From the NCBI GenBank assembly GCA_030390025.1, contig CM059441.1, positions 24,800,001 through 24,864,000 of the forward strand: 64,000 bases of DNA. Reading direction: 5' to 3'. Of this stretch, positions 34,783-49,095 are shown piece after piece. This DNA comes from Squalus acanthias. Lineage: Eukaryota. A model generated the notes under the pieces. It made no database searches, was not told the origin of the DNA, and saw nothing but the letters and a program-made list of their open reading frames with translations. The translations under genes and the position numbers were made by a program. How positions within the stretch are numbered: position 1 is the stretch's first letter; each line of letters opens with the position of its first letter.

Positions 34783-35244
34783 GTTTATAATCATCATCCA
34801 CGATGTTTTTGTGTCTCTTAATGGAAACATTTTGAAGAGGTATTTATCTGTGGTCACAATTCCTCTCGCAATCTTCCACACAAAGATGAAATCGGACGCC
34901 CCTAGAGTACTAATGGTCTCATCCAAGCAGCTAATGCTCAAAGTGGCGCCCACGGTGGTGGTTTTGGCGATCAGACCGCAGTCCTGGTTGACCAGACACA
35001 AGCTGTTCTTCACCACGCATTTACTCTTCTTCCCCGCTTTGTCCATTTTGCAGTAATACTCGGACCTCCAGCCCAGCCCACAGCTCTTGCTGCAGGGGTT
35101 CGCGCTCACCAGCAAGAGCCCAGTAACTGTGACCTTCTCCAAGTCAGGTGGCAGGGTGCTAAAGTCCTCTTGGCAGACGACCAGATGAAGCAGGAAAGTA
35201 AAAGAGATGAGGACAAGGTAGATACCTGCATAAGGGAGAAGCAT
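34783..35244 (-). CDS. TMEM81: TMEM81 coding exon 1 (signal peptide, cysteine-rich hinge, start of Ig domain)
   Basis: ATG at 35244, hydrophobic signal peptide, PCSKSCGLGW, CLVNQDCG, WKIARGIVTTD motifs; phase-0 donor AAC|gtgagt; adjacent to RBBP5 as on human 1q32. Confidence 0.9.
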
Positions 35245-35757
35245 TTCTTTAGGGGAGGGGAGGGGATGGGGGAGGGGGCAGAGGGGATTCAAGGCTGTAG
35301 ATCACCCAATTATAACAGGTCTTTATTACATCAACCATCAGCACAATGGAGCATTGGGAACAATTTGGGGCTGAGGTTACACCATGACAACATTGGTAAG
35401 GCTCCAGATGTACATGATTATGACGGGTTTGGATAGGCTAGACGGGGAAAGGCTGTTCCCACTAGTTGATGGTACAAGGACTAGGGGACACAGATTTAAG
35501 AGATATAGGGGGGATGTGAGGAAAAACCTTTTTACGCAGCGAGTGGTGAGGACCTGAAACTCGCTGCCGACGGAAGTGGTGGAAGCGAACACACTCAATG
35601 TTTTCAAGGGGAGACTGGATAGGCACTTGAGGGAAATAAACTTGCAGGGCTACGGGAATAGAGCGGGGGAATGGGACTGACTGGATTGCCCTACAGAGAG
35701 CCGGCACGGACTCGATGGGGCGAATGGCCTCCTTCTGTGCCGTTATGACTCTATAAT

Positions 35758-36516
35758 GGGCCAGAATTTGCTCTCAAAATAACGGTGTGGCTAATGGGCG
35801 CTCTCTGTTACTTATGCGCAAATGGTACAGCAACTTCAGGCGAGGGGCAGATGCGCAGTGAAACACGGATATCCAAGTCGTCCGGGTTGCGCCGCTCCGC
35901 CGTTAGCTTTGCGAAAACGGCATCTCGCCGACTGCTTCACCGTTGAAATGCAGTGAATGGCGTGAAGTTGCTGTATGTGCGTGGTAGATACGAACTAAAC
36001 TCACCACAGAAAGTTAAGCCTTGTTCATTTCAGTCCAATTAATTTTTTAACAACGTTAATTACTGCCAAACAACCGCTCTGGCACTGAAAATGAATTATT
36101 ACATGTGTGGAGGCTCATTCCTTCAGGTTTTAATTGTTGAAGATTAAAAATTTTTAATTTAATTTTTTTAAACTTTTGCTTTCTGTCTTTCTCTCTCTTA
36201 ATCCAATCTTTCTTTCCCTCTGTATCTCTCTTTCTGTACCTGATTTGACATTGAATTCACCCGCTCTAATTTACACTTCCGTCTCAGTCCATGCGCTGTT
36301 AATATCACAATTCTTTCAATCTGATTGGTTAGGGAGATACCCAGTCGCTTGCCCTGTTCACTCAGGTCCCAGATGCCTGGATTCCCTCACTGCGACATTA
36401 TCAGCTCGCACTTTCAGCAACTTGCCACGCAAACAATTAAAAAACCTAAAGGTGCAAGGGCAGGTCTAACTAACGACAGACACCGTTAGATTCACTCCTA
36501 CAGCAAAATTTGACCC
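35758..36516. mobile_element. Harbinger-like MITE
   Basis: TIRs gggccagaatttgct / agcaaaatttgaccc; 3-bp TSD AAT. Confidence 0.7.
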
Positions 36517-36872
36517 AATGACAAAAACACCAAGATAAGTAGTTAAATAAAGATAGTATTACAACAACAACTTGTATTTATATAGCACCTTTAACGTAGT
36601 AAAATGTCCCATGGCGCTGCACAGGAGTATTTTAAGACAAAAAATTTGACACCGATCCACAAAAGGATAAATTAGGGCAGATGACCAAAAGCTTCGTCAA
36701 AGAGGTAGGTTTTAAGGACCGTCTTAAAGGAGGAAAAAGAACTAGAGAGGCGGAGAGGTTTAGGGTGGGAATTCCAGAGTTTAGAGCCTAGGCAACAGAA
36801 GGCATGGCCACCAAAGGTTGAGCGATTATAATCAGGGATGCTCAAGAGGGCAGAATTAGAGGAGCGCAGATA

Positions 36873-38878
36873 TTAGATCAAAGGAAGATGCTTATAATGT
36901 TGCCAAAAAGAGTAGTAAGCCTAAGGATTGGGAGAATTTTAGAATTCAGCAAAGGAGGACCAAGAAATTGATAAAGAAAGGGAAAATAGAATGAGAGTAA
37001 ACTAGCGAGAGACATAAAAACAGACTGTAAAAGCTTCTATAGGTATGTAAAAGGGAAAATATTAGCGAAAGTAAATGTGGGTCCTTTACAGGCTGAGACA
37101 GGAGAAATTATAATGGGGAATAGGAAATGGCAGAAAAATTCAACAAATACTTTGTGTCTGTCTTCACAGAAGATGTAAAAAACTTCCCGGAAATAGTGGA
37201 GAACTAAGGGTCTAGCTAGAATGAGGAACTGAAAGAAATTAGTATTCGTAAAAAAAATAGCACTGGAGAAATTAATGGGACTGAAAGCCAATAAAATCCC
37301 CTGGACCTGATGGCCTATATCCTAGGGTTTTGAAAGAGGTGGCTATAGAGATAGTGGATGCATTGATTGTCATTTTCCAAAATTCCATGGATTGTAGAAT
37401 GGTTCCCACAGCTTGGAAGGTAGCAAATGTAACCCCACTATTTAAGAAAAGGAGGGAGAGAAGATGGGGAACTACAAACCAGTTAGCCTGACATCAGTAG
37501 TAGGGAAAATGCTAGAATCTATTATTAAGGACATGGTAACAGGGCACTTAGAAAATAATAATAGGATTGGGTAGAGTCAAAACACGGATTTATGAAAGGG
37601 AAATCGTGTTTGACAAATCTATTAGAGTTTTTTGAGGTTGTAACTAGCAGAATAGATAAGGGGGAACCAGTGGATGTGGTGTATTTGGATTTTCAGAAGG
37701 CATTCGATAAGGCGCCACACAAGAGGTTATTAAACAAAATTAGGGCTGATGGGATTGGGGGTAATATACTAGCATGGACTGAGGATTGGTTAATGAACAG
37801 AAAACAGAGAGTAGGAATAAACGGGTCATTTTCGGGTTGGCAGGCTGTAACTAGTGGAGTACCACAAAGATCAGTGCTTGGGCCTCAGCTATTCACAATT
37901 TACATCAATGATTTGGATGAGGGGACCAAATGTAATATATCCAAGTTTGCTGATGATACAAAGCTGGGTGGAAATGTAAGTTGTGAGGAGGATTCAGAGG
38001 CTTCAAAGAGATATAGACAAGCTAAGAGAGTGGGCAAGAACATGGCAAATGGAATATAATGTGGAGAAATGTGAAGTTATCCACTTTGGTAGGAAAAATA
38101 GAAAACCAGAGTATTTTTTTTTAAATGGTGAGATTGGAAAATGTTGGTGTTCAGAGGGACCTGGGTGTCCTTGTACACAAATCACTGAAAGGTAACATGC
38201 AGGTACAGCAAGCAATTAGGAAAGCAAATGGTACGTGGGCCTTTATTACAAGAGGATTTGTGTACAAGAGTAAAGACGTCTTACTGCAATTATATAGGGC
38301 CCTGATGAGACCACACCTGGAGTATTGTGTACAGTTTTGGTCTCCTTACCTAAGGAAGGATATACTTGCCATAGAGGGAGTGCAACAAAAGCTCACCAGA
38401 CCGATTCCTGGGATGAGGGGATTGTCCTATGAGGAGAGATTGAGTAGACTAGGCCTATATTCTCTAGAGTTTAGAAGAATGAGAGATGATCTCATTGAAA
38501 CATACAAAATTCTTATAGGGCTTGACAGGGTAGATGCAGGGAGGATGTTTCCCCCCTGGCTGGGGAGTCTAGAACCAGGGGTCACAGTCTCAGAATAAGG
38601 GGTCGGCTATATACGACTGAGATGAGGAGAAATTTCTTCACTCAGAGGGTGGTGAATCTTTGGAATTCTCTACCCCAGAGGGCTGTGGAGGCTCAGTCGT
38701 TGAGTATATTCAAGACTAGAGATTGATAGATTTTTGGATATTAAGGGAATCAAGGGATATGGGGATAGTGCAGGAAAGTGGAGTTGAGGTAGATGATCAG
38801 CTATGATCTTATTGAATGGCGGAGTAGGCTCAAGGGGCCAAATGGCCTACTCCTGCTCTTATTTCTTATGGTCTTATA
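36873..38878 (+). mobile_element. CR1 LINE, 5'-truncated, decayed RT
   Basis: [45 protein letters not shown] motifs; cttatg-type tail. Confidence 0.92.
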
Positions 38879-40504
38879 AGAGTTGAGTATGTGATTCCTG
38901 GTACAGGAAAAAGTAATGTACATAAGGTAGCAACGCTCCTAGTTTGTGTCACTTGACAAGATCCAGACTCTGCTGCCCATATCCTAACTCACACCAAGTC
39001 CCATTCACTCATCACCCTGTGCTCGCTGACCTACATTGGCCCCACCGGTCTGGCAACGCCTCGATTTAAAAATTTTCATCCTTGTTTTCAAGTCCCTCCA
39101 TGGCCTCGCCCCTCATCTCTGAAACCTCCTCCAGGCTTACAACCCCCACCCCCGCCGCCCGAGATCTCTGCGCTCCTCCAATTCTGGCCTCTTGCGCATC
39201 CCCGATATTAATCGCTCCACCATTGGCAGACATGCCTTCAGCTGCCTGGGCCCGAAGCTCTGGAATTCCCTCCCTAAACCTCTTTTGCCTCTCTCTCCTC
39301 CTTTAAGACACTCCTTAAACCCTACCCCTTTGACCAACCTTTTGGTCACCAGTCCTAACATCTCGTTATGTGGCTTGGTGTCAAATTTTGTCTGAGAATG
39401 CTCATGTGAAGCACCTTGGGACATTTTTACTACGATAAAGGCGCTATATAAATGCAAGTTGTTGTAAATCTTGAGATTGTCCGAGAGACAAAGGGGACTG
39501 ATAGTTTTAATATGGGAGAAGCCGAGACGGTATTACACATTTTGAATGGTCAAACAAATAAACGTTGTAATATCGGAGATTCACTTGCTGTATAACACAC
39601 CTGATTGATGCAATTGTTATTTGCTGGGGGTGGGGGCTGAGGCAACCATAACTAGCTTGTGACCAGAGTGATCCAGTCAGTCTTCACTTGAGAATATTTC
39701 TATCGAGCTGTTGGCTTTGTCACATAGTGACCAGGCCTAAATGCATACTTTATTTCTGGGGAAAATAAAACAATAGTCCAGGAAGCTTTAAGGCTACCCA
39801 GAAATTATAATACAAGCGTTAACAAGGGTAGTTTAAGAAAATAAAACTAAAGGAAAGAGCTTTAAGAGATGTTGTGATTTATAGGATTTTAAGGGGATAG
39901 GGAGGGTTCTTTGCCAGAGAAACAGCAAAACCACATCTATCTTAGATTATAATAGGGTGCAATCTCCATCATGGAACACCTTCCTTTCCCTTCCCATTCT
40001 CTCCGTGTTACCCCCCCCACTCCCCCCAGATAGTGGAAAATGATGGATAATTAAAAAGGTCCCGAAATGTTTGTCTGGCATATGCAGTACAGCAACGCCC
40101 CAGTACCAGGAACAAAGGCCAGTATAATACAACTAAAACACTGAATTTTAACAAAAAATGATTTGAAATGTTCTAAAGCCGAGAGGTTGTTGTTGATCAG
40201 CTGTGCAATGAGGCAGTGTTCCCCAGCGAAAATTCTGATTATTCACAGGAAGTTCCACTGAATGTATACCTTGCACTGAATGGGTAACGGTGTTTCAAAG
40301 CGATGAAGAGTGTTTGACATTCACATTCTGCTGAAGCTCAAAGCACTCAGCTTCTTGGGCAAGAACAAATGAACCGTTGGGACTAAGAAATGGTCCAGTA
40401 AGCATGCCCAGTTGTGACTGCTCGTAACCGCACCATCCCAAGTTACCGCTGACAGATTTTGTTTTTTTAAAGAAGCACCAAACACACTTAAAACCAGATT
40501 AATG

Positions 40505-40510
40505 TTTATT
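40505..40510 (-). terminator. Candidate poly(A) signal of RBBP5 (implies a 3'UTR of ~3.8 kb)
   Basis: Minus strand reads cctgtaaataATAAAcatt, a typical vertebrate 3'-end context; largely unique sequence between here and the stop codon. Confidence 0.5.
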
Positions 40511-43500
40511 ATTTACAGGAATAAAAAAAAAATTGTATACACAGTTGCTCAAACCATCCTTCCTTGCATTTGCATTCTGTACAATTGTATTGGTTACCAA
40601 ATACCACATCACCTGAATACACTCGAGTTGTCAGCACATTTCCTTAAAAAGAAATGGCCTATGTTAGCGATCCGTCCAATTTGAATGCAGTAGAGGCTTG
40701 AGCGGGTATTGTTCTATCAACATTAAAAAAAAGGATAATTACAAAACAGCCTGACCCAAATGGAAGAGGCGGTTCAACGACAACAGCTATTCACAAGACC
40801 AGCGACTGTTGGCTCTAACGCAGAAGGCATTTCTTACCAGCACAAGGGCCGCGCACCAGTAGCACCAGAGTACTGCACGCCAAGAGAAGGAAAAGAAGCT
40901 GTCCAGCCATGAACCGATAGCGTTACAGGACAGATCTGGAACTACAGCTGCCCCTTCTCTGAAGAAGTCATCAAAAGGCTCAGAACAGAACACAACTCAC
41001 ATCTGAAAGTACCCAGTGCCCTGGATTTTGGTACCGTCAGTTTTATATAAGAGCTGTAACACTTTTTATTCTCTTTTCCCCACACCAAGACCTACTTGTT
41101 TAACTTCCTCTTGGATCAAACAGAAACCCTCAGGCTTTTAGGACACAATTCAGGAGAGGGACCATTTTAAAAAAGAAATTTTAAAAATTGCAAAGCAAGC
41201 AACTGGATTGCCACACTGCAAATGACGAGATACCCTTTAACGTGCCTACTGCTATGTAGAAGGAACAGCTAACTGGGCTCCATCCCAGACTATTCCACCA
41301 CATTATTCTAGCCCCTGCCTCTAGATCTCACCCATTAAAGCAGGAGGAAAACAGGTTTGCAGAAACGGGGATAGTATTAAACAACAGAATGAAAAGAAAC
41401 AAAGTGGTGAGAATGTGGAACTCGCTACCACAAGGAGTGGTTGAGACGACTAGCATAGATTCATTTAAGGGGAAGCTAGATAAATACGCGAGGGAGAAAG
41501 GAATAGGAGGATATGTTGATAGGGTTGGATGAAGAGGGGTGGGAGGAGGCTCGTGTGGAGCATAAACACCAGCATGGACCTGTTGGGCCAAATGGCCTAT
41601 TTCTGTGCTGTAAATACTGTGTAACTAATTCTATTTAGAATTAAAGAGCATGTGTTTAATTGCAACTATTCATTTTTTTTTAAATTAAAAAATAAATGAT
41701 TGCTAAGTTCGATCTTATTTGCTCCCTGGCGGTGGTATTCAGTGGAGCTGAACAGAAACGAATTCCTCACCACCGCAATAACCACTCGGAGGAGAAGTTG
41801 AGGACTGAAAATTTGAAGCAGCATCACGGGGATACCACATTATGGAAGTGGAATCACAAAACCACAGTTCATTCCTTGGGTGTCTCGACGTGGAGAAGAG
41901 AAGATTGCAGCTTTTAGAATCATCCCACATGTTGCAAAATCCTGCGCAAGTCATACTTTCACGAAGTTTTTTTTTGGGCCTCGGGGAACCTGAAGGTGCA
42001 ACGTATGGGGCCACTGCGTGGAGTAAATTGCACTTTCAACTTTTTACAATGAGCGGATCCTCTAGGGGCAAGAGGTTTTAAACCACTAATCAGTATTACC
42101 AAAAGTAAAAGACCGAAGCAGGGTAACATGAGAGAGGGGGAAACAGGTGTGCCAGGGAGAAAACGCTATAAACACAAGAATATCGCAAAAAACCATCCAA
42201 TGACTTGAACAGCAAGCATCATCTCTGCTTGGACGGGATTTTTGCATATGGTGAGCTTCACTTTAGTGCATAGGGTCAGACTTTGACTTCCTGTGCTAGG
42301 CGATGTACGGATTGTTTGTGTATGGGGAGGCTCACATTCTGTGTGCGTACGGAGGCTCCCATTTTAGGGAGCATGGCGTTTGAATGCGCATGTAGGGGGC
42401 AAGGTTAGGATATTGTGTATGTGGGGATCTTTGGATTGTGTGCATGTCTATGGGATGGGGAAGGAGGCATCTCACATTTGTCTGCAAACACATGCAACCT
42501 ACTCGTAAGCTGTGACGCGTAGATCTAACCACGCCATCTGAACTTGTAGTTTTGTATAGCGTCGCGGGACTTTGCAACAGTAACAATGCCCAAAACCTCA
42601 TTCTTCCATTTGCGAAGGTGAACAAATGACAATCAGTGCGAGAATCAATTATAGAGAAGCTTAAAGAAATGTTTTTTGGACACCAAATAAAAATTAAATT
42701 GCAGTTTTACCATCAGGCTTTCTCCCCTCGTCCCCATTTCTTGAATCTGTATTTCGGGCGAGTTTTCTTGTTCTCTACACGATGAACAATGGAATTATAG
42801 GGAAAGGGAACACATTTCCATTTGGACACCCAGGCCAGAAGTTGCTCAGGCTGTAACCCTGATGCTGCCCTCCGGCAATGACCCTCCCTCCCAAAGTTTG
42901 CAAGGACAGTGGGAGGGCCCCTCATTAGCATGAGCACATCTCTGACCTTATTCCTCCATTGCAGGGGTGGGGGAGAGAATGAGAGAAAAGAAGGGGGCAA
43001 AGGCCCCCTTTCCACCCACCCTAGAGATGGTCCAATTGACCCCCACCCAGAGTTAGGGAGCTGATTTGCTGGAATTTTAAAAGAAAAAAAACTCTTCTAA
43101 TTCTTAGGGGATTTAGGCAGCTTGCCAGGCTTGTACCTCACCGGTGGGACCAGCACACGCCTTTTTGGAGGCTGGTACACCTCACTTCACCGGGTGTACT
43201 GGCTGGCCACTCCTACACCATGTCCCTATTTGGAGCTAAAGTGTAACTGCATCTCCGCCATTTGCGAATCTGCCGGTCTCCCTCCGGAGTTACACCAGCG
43301 GAAACCCGGGAGAATTTCAGGTTCCCGAGAGTCCTCAACAAGGGAAGGGGCGCGGAGCGGTGACAGTCCACTGGTTAGGTGCAGCCTGCCCATGTTGGTG
43401 CAGATCGGTAGGACTGGGAAGATGGCAGGTGTTTCTGCAGCAAGCGGCAGAGGACATTGCGCAGCTGCCGAGTGGACGCGCTAGATGTGGAGGGAGGCGG

Positions 43501-44268
43501 CGGAAGAGAAAGATACTCAAAACACAACTCCACTTCAGTTCAATAAAGGCATCAATTGCAGTCCAAAACAGTATTACCAGGCCGGTTCATGCACTAAAGG
43601 AGAAAAAAAACCAAAATCTACAACATTTTTCACCATCAGCTGGCAGGTCAACTGACCAACAATACAAAAGATAATCATCCAATTAGAATATAAACACTCA
43701 GGCATAGAGGAATTACCACCAATAGTTATTTTTTTTGAAAAAGTGAGTGGTGGAGTAGGAAGAGTTTCAGCCTTGGGAACCGGACTACGTGGGTCTTTAT
43801 AGTGCAACTGACCAGTCAGTCTTGCGAGGTCAGTAACCTTCCAGGGTCCACAAGTCATACCCATCGATAATTACTTCAAATGCAAAATTGCAAGAGGGTA
43901 AAAGAAACCAAAAAAATATATAAGTGTTGGGCACTCTGCTGTACCTTGTACACGTTTCAGCCGCGGGTGCCTTTTGTTATGGCTCCATACGAAAAGCATC
44001 GGCGCTTCACGACATGTGAAGACAGAAATTATACTTCAGCTTGGCGTTCCTGGTAAATGGCCCAAGATCTTCGGTTGACTGATTTTCCAATGCCCATAGT
44101 TCTTGAGGAGGGATGAAGGGAACACGCGTCCCTGGTTCACGAAGGTCCCTTTATGTGTCGGTCTGCAAACTGACCAAGAGCCATACTCTTTCTAGGGGCT
44201 GCATCATACTACTAAAGTACGAAGGCAGCACAACAATTGCAGGGATGATGTATCATCTTCACCCATGT

Positions 44269-44297
44269 TCACAGCAGGTCTGAAATTACGCCTCCTC
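44269..44297 (-). CDS. RBBP5: RBBP5 terminal coding exon (GGGVISDLL*)
   Basis: cag|GAGGAGGCGTAATTTCAGACCTGCTGTGA, 29 nt; resembles the RBBP5 C-terminus GGAISELL. Confidence 0.85.
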
Positions 44298-46771
44298 CTG
44301 AAAACCCAGATAACAGAGAGAGATTAAAACTGAGGCATCTAATGGAAGCGGATGGCAAAAACGTAGCCAAGTTGTCAGAATGAGTATATTATTCTAAACC
44401 CAGCCCCAAAGGGGACAACACAAAAATAACTTGCTCATTTACCAATACTGGTCTTAATGTGGCTGTGGTTTTCAAATAGGGATACGCGAGGTCAGGGTTA
44501 GTAATGGGGTATGGGAGCAGAACTCCTTGGAGGAAGAGCAAGAGGCAAACGGCTCGGACACATCTCTCACGAGCGCCATCTGAAACTGTATCAATGAACA
44601 GGGAGGGGGTCTTGAAACTGGGAGAATTGCAACATGAAACTGATGGTGGATTCTGAATAGTGTTCGTAGGACTCTCAATGGTGTGTGTAGTTTGTCAGAT
44701 CTCAAGAACTCACTTCCATGGCTCTTCAGTCAAATAATAAACTCATCAAACACAATCCAGCTCTTTGAAAGTCAGAAGGTGTATTCCAATAAAACACGTG
44801 AACTGGTCATGGATTTGCTATCAGAAATTCCAACTCAGCTCGCACCATCAGGGGGACTGAACTTACTCTAAGTTACAGAAACACAAAGAGGAGGATTTGA
44901 ACTCCGAATGTTAATCCATTATCATTAAAAGTCTTGTATACATCTGGTTCTTTGATCGAGTCGGTCAACAGAAACTCTACATCACATGGTCTCCTCAGAG
45001 ACTAGCATTGCCTATCGCCAAAACTTTCCATGGTTCACGCCCTCCTGTCAAATCAGCGTATTATCTAACATGCCAAAAGTGGCGATAGGTCCAGTGATTA
45101 GAAAGCACCGTCATTTTAACATTCTTGTAGATTAACAGTAGAAGCTAAACACCAATTTACTGGCGGGCATCAGGTTGCAACTCACATGACAAAGTAATTG
45201 CAGGTGAGGAAGGCCATTCAGCCCATCTTAATTTATCCATCCAAAAAAAATGGTAAAGTCCCTCCACTGCAGCATGCATCCTTTTGCCTTCACACTTCTA
45301 TCTGGAAGTTTATTCCACGTGTATGGAACATGTGGAATAGACTGTGTGTGAAGAATTTTGTGTCATCAGTTGTAAGATTAGTGTTTACTTTTTTGAACCT
45401 GTATCCTTTTGTTTTACTGCCGCAATTTAATTTAAAGTAATTTTTTTTCCCGCAAACCCATAATTTTGAACCCTACATACTTCTAACAGATCACCTCTCG
45501 GATGCCTCCATTCTAAGGTAAAAGGCCCAAGTTTCTTTCGTCTTCCATGACTCTTGACCCCTCTGGATCAGTCTCGTGGCTCTTCTTGCACTGCCTCCAA
45601 CACTTGAACGTCTTCACTGTTTCTTGCACTTCACTGCTCTGAGCCTGCTGCTGGCTCGGACCTAGAGCTAAGGAGGCAAATGGAGACCGACGCAGGCGGT
45701 GGGAGCTTGATTGGCAGATCGGATTTCTTCATCCCACAGATACCAAGTACTGCTGGTGCAACGTTTTTTTTGATGCCGTGGCCGATGAAAACTCCAGATC
45801 AGAGCCTCCAGATCTGTCTCTGGACTGATCGTCGTTCTGCTGTTGTGTGTTGTTCCGGTTTATCCCGCTTTGTGCGGGTTAAGTGGAATGCTCAATCCTT
45901 GCTGGCCTGTGCAGAGAGCCTAAGGCAGCCAGTGCACAGTCTTGCTTGACCTCAACAGCTATTCTAGGCACATCCGCCAGTCACAGATAATATAACCAGT
46001 AAATGGGAGAATTAGAGGAGGGCACCAGTAAATGTGAATGGCAAAAGAATGTAAATGGCGGACTTGGGGGAGGGCACTAGTAATAACAAAGGGTTTTGAT
46101 AGAGTAAATAAGGAGAAGCGGTTTCCAGTGGCAGAAGGGTCAGTAACCAGAGGATACAGATTTAAAGTGATTGGCAAAAGAACCAGAGGCAACTTGAGGA
46201 AACTTTTTTTTTTAAATAAATGCAGCGTTACGATCTGGAATGCACTGCCTGATAGGGCAGTGGAAGCAGATTTAATAGTAACTTTCAAAAGGGAATTGGA
46301 TAAATACTTGCAGGGGAAAAAAATACAGGGCTACAGGGGAAGAGCAGAATAGTGGGGCTAATTGGATAGATCTTTCAAAGAGCCGGCACACAGGCCCGAT
46401 GAGCCGAATGGCCTTCTGTGCTGTGTCATAGATACATAGGAAGTAGTTGAGGCAAATAGCATAGATGCATTTAAGGGGAGCAAGATAAGCACATGAGGGA
46501 GAAAGGAATAGAATATGCTGATAGGGTGAGATGAAGAGGCATGGGAGGAGGCTCATGTGTTGGAACATAAACACATGCATGGACTAGTTGGGTCGAATGG
46601 TCTGTTTCTGTGCTGTAAATTCTAAAAGGACAAGTTTGACTTGAATAGTTAACTCATTCCCTCCCACCCTCATGCAAAAGCAGGACCAGAAACTAGAGGG
46701 AGTGGACGGGGGAGGGAGAGGGAAAGCACAGGTACCAGGTAAGCTGCAGGAGCTCCCACCATGGTCCTTAC

Positions 46772-46960
46772 CTGCGGGTGGCTCGGCCACTTCCGCCAGC
46801 TCCTTGCCCTTCACTGCTCCTTCCAAAGGCTGACCTCTGTCCCCTTTGAAGGTTTTCGACTTAATGAAATCTTTCTCTTTACCTTTCGTTCCTTTTGGCC
46901 GGCCCGCTTGCTTTTTCTTCGACTTGCCATCGCCCTTCACACCCAGCAATGGGTGAACTT
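46772..46960 (-). CDS. RBBP5: RBBP5 exon (VHPLLGVKGDGKSKKKQAGRPKG...)
   Basis: AG/GT-bounded 189 nt; matches the RBBP5 C-terminal basic region. Confidence 0.92.
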
Positions 46961-48332
46961 CTGCAGGAGAAAATAAATGTGGCGGTTACTGTCATGGAGG
47001 AACCTTTTTTTTTTTGCATTACGGGTTCTGGCCCAGCAAGAAACAGAAAAGGTTTGAAAGGGGCCTGGTGGAGAAACAAAAGTCAGTGACCTCAGGACGT
47101 CCAAAAGTGCCTTACAACTAAAAAAAAACCTCTCGCCTTGCTAAGGTAGTTAGTTAACAGTACAGTATAAAAATCACTAATCACATGGCTCTCCCCTCAC
47201 CCCCAGCAGATTGTATTGCACCCTTCACCACGCCATGAAAGGCAAGTTAAAAAATTGTTCAAGAGTCTTTAATATTGGAGTTAAAAAGCCTTCTAGTGCA
47301 CTTCAATCAATAATATATTTTTGTAGTCTAATGAGTTTAAGTGCCTATAAAGAGGCGGCTTTGTGGCAGCCAGAAATGGGTCGGTGGGTCAGCCCTAATA
47401 CTAGGCCCAAAGCCTGACCCCACAGGGAGACTGTTGAGGGAGACCATTCAAACAGAGGAAATACATGCAAGTTATAAGACTTCTAATATATTACACACAC
47501 ACACACACACACAGGAAGGAGGCCATTCGGCCCATCATGCCAGCTCTTTGAAAGAGCTGTCTAATTAGTCCCACTCCCCACAGCCCGGCAATTTCTTTCC
47601 TTTTCAAGTATATATCCAATTCCCTTTTGAAAATGATTTATTATAAACTAAATTACGATTGAATCTGCTTCCACCACCCTTTCAGGCAGTACGTATAACA
47701 TTAAAAAAAAAACCAAAGAGCTCTGCTTAAAAGCTCAGTCTGTTAATGTACTGCCCAATGTGGCACTGAACTGTACAAATAAAGTCCCAGGTCAATCCCT
47801 GGTCTCTGTTAAATTAGCTCTGCAATTGTAGGACTACAATTGGCATCAACACCTCGGAACCCTTGGATGAGGGTGGAGCGGTGAGACTCAGTCAGCTTCC
47901 CACTGGTGATCACTAACCAGTGACTCCTGCGGGAATTGCGCCCGAATTGAGAAAGCCAAGGTAGGGAGTGTATCGGGTTTAGTCACGACGCCCTCCACAG
48001 GTGAACATCCTGCTGGCGCGCGCCCATTAATAGCTACTTGGATGAGGTACCGGAGCAGGGCTGGCATCCATGGAAACACACTCCAGTAGGAGTCAGTGCC
48101 TTCAGGAGAGGGAAGGGAAAACAAACTTGCATTTCTATAGCGCTTTTTACATCCTCCGGACATCCCAATGCGCCTCACAGCCAATAAATTACTTTTGAAG
48201 TGTCGTCACCGATTATGAGGTCAACAAAAAGAGAAGATATTTGGTGCAGCACGGGGAAAGCAGAGAGATATCAATATAAAAAGCAAAATGCTTGAGATAA
48301 CTGGTCTGCTGAGTAACAAGTAAACCAATTAC

Positions 48333-48456
48333 CATCAGACGGTACTCCTTGTAGCTCAATATTGGTCATCTTGGGTTTCTTCTTTGGTGGCTGTGAGCCA
48401 TCAGTGGATGCCTGCCGCTTTTTCTCTGGGTTGCTCAAGTCGTCAGTTCCGGAGTT
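48333..48456 (-). CDS. RBBP5: RBBP5 exon (NSGTDD...EKKRQ...PPKKKPKMTNIELQGVPSD)
   Basis: AG/GT-bounded 124 nt; recognised RBBP5 peptide. Confidence 0.92.
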
Positions 48457-48796
48457 CTGCCAAGACACAGAAGTGATTAAAAAGCCTTAAGATACAGAGT
48501 ACAATTTCACTCGCCCTCTAAAAACCATCCTGCGTTGTGTACGTTTCATTAACCACTCTCGTTCACAAACCCCTGCCGGGGTTAGTGATTACTATGATTA
48601 TCATAGCGCAAACTCAAGCCTAGATCGAGCATCCACCCCTCCCCAATTACTCAGATCAAATATTCTATTGTTCCCTGTTTACTATTAATAAATTACGACC
48701 AAACAAAATATTCGGAGTTTCTTTCCTAATTATGCCGGTGAAATGTCTTGAGATATTTTGCTACATTAAAGGCACTATATAAATATAAGATTTAAA

Positions 48797-49095
48797 GGGC
48801 AACACGGTGGCATAGTGGTTAGAACTGTTGCCTCACAGCGCCAGGGACCCGGGTTCGAATCCGGCCTCGGGTGACTGTCTGTGTGGAGTTTGCACATTCT
48901 CCCCGTGTCTGCGTGGGTTTCCTCCGGGTGCTCCGGTTTCCTCCCACAGTCCAAAGATGTGCGGGTTAGGTTGATTTGGCTATGATAAATTGACCCTTAG
49001 TGTTAGGGGGGATTGGTTACGGGGATAGGGTGGGATATGTGTCGGTGCAGGCTCGATGGGCCGAAATGGCCTCTATCTGCACTGTGGGGATTCTG
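48797..49095 (+). mobile_element. HE1-like V-SINE
   Basis: tRNA-like head with A/B boxes and V-domain TGTGTGGAGTTTGCACATTCTCCCCGTGTCTGCGTGGGTTTCCTCCGGGTGCTCCGGTTTCCTCCCACA. Confidence 0.88.

Noticed and set aside
48797-48870. Possible tRNA gene
   Set aside because: It is the tRNA-derived head of an HE1-like SINE and continues into the V-domain.
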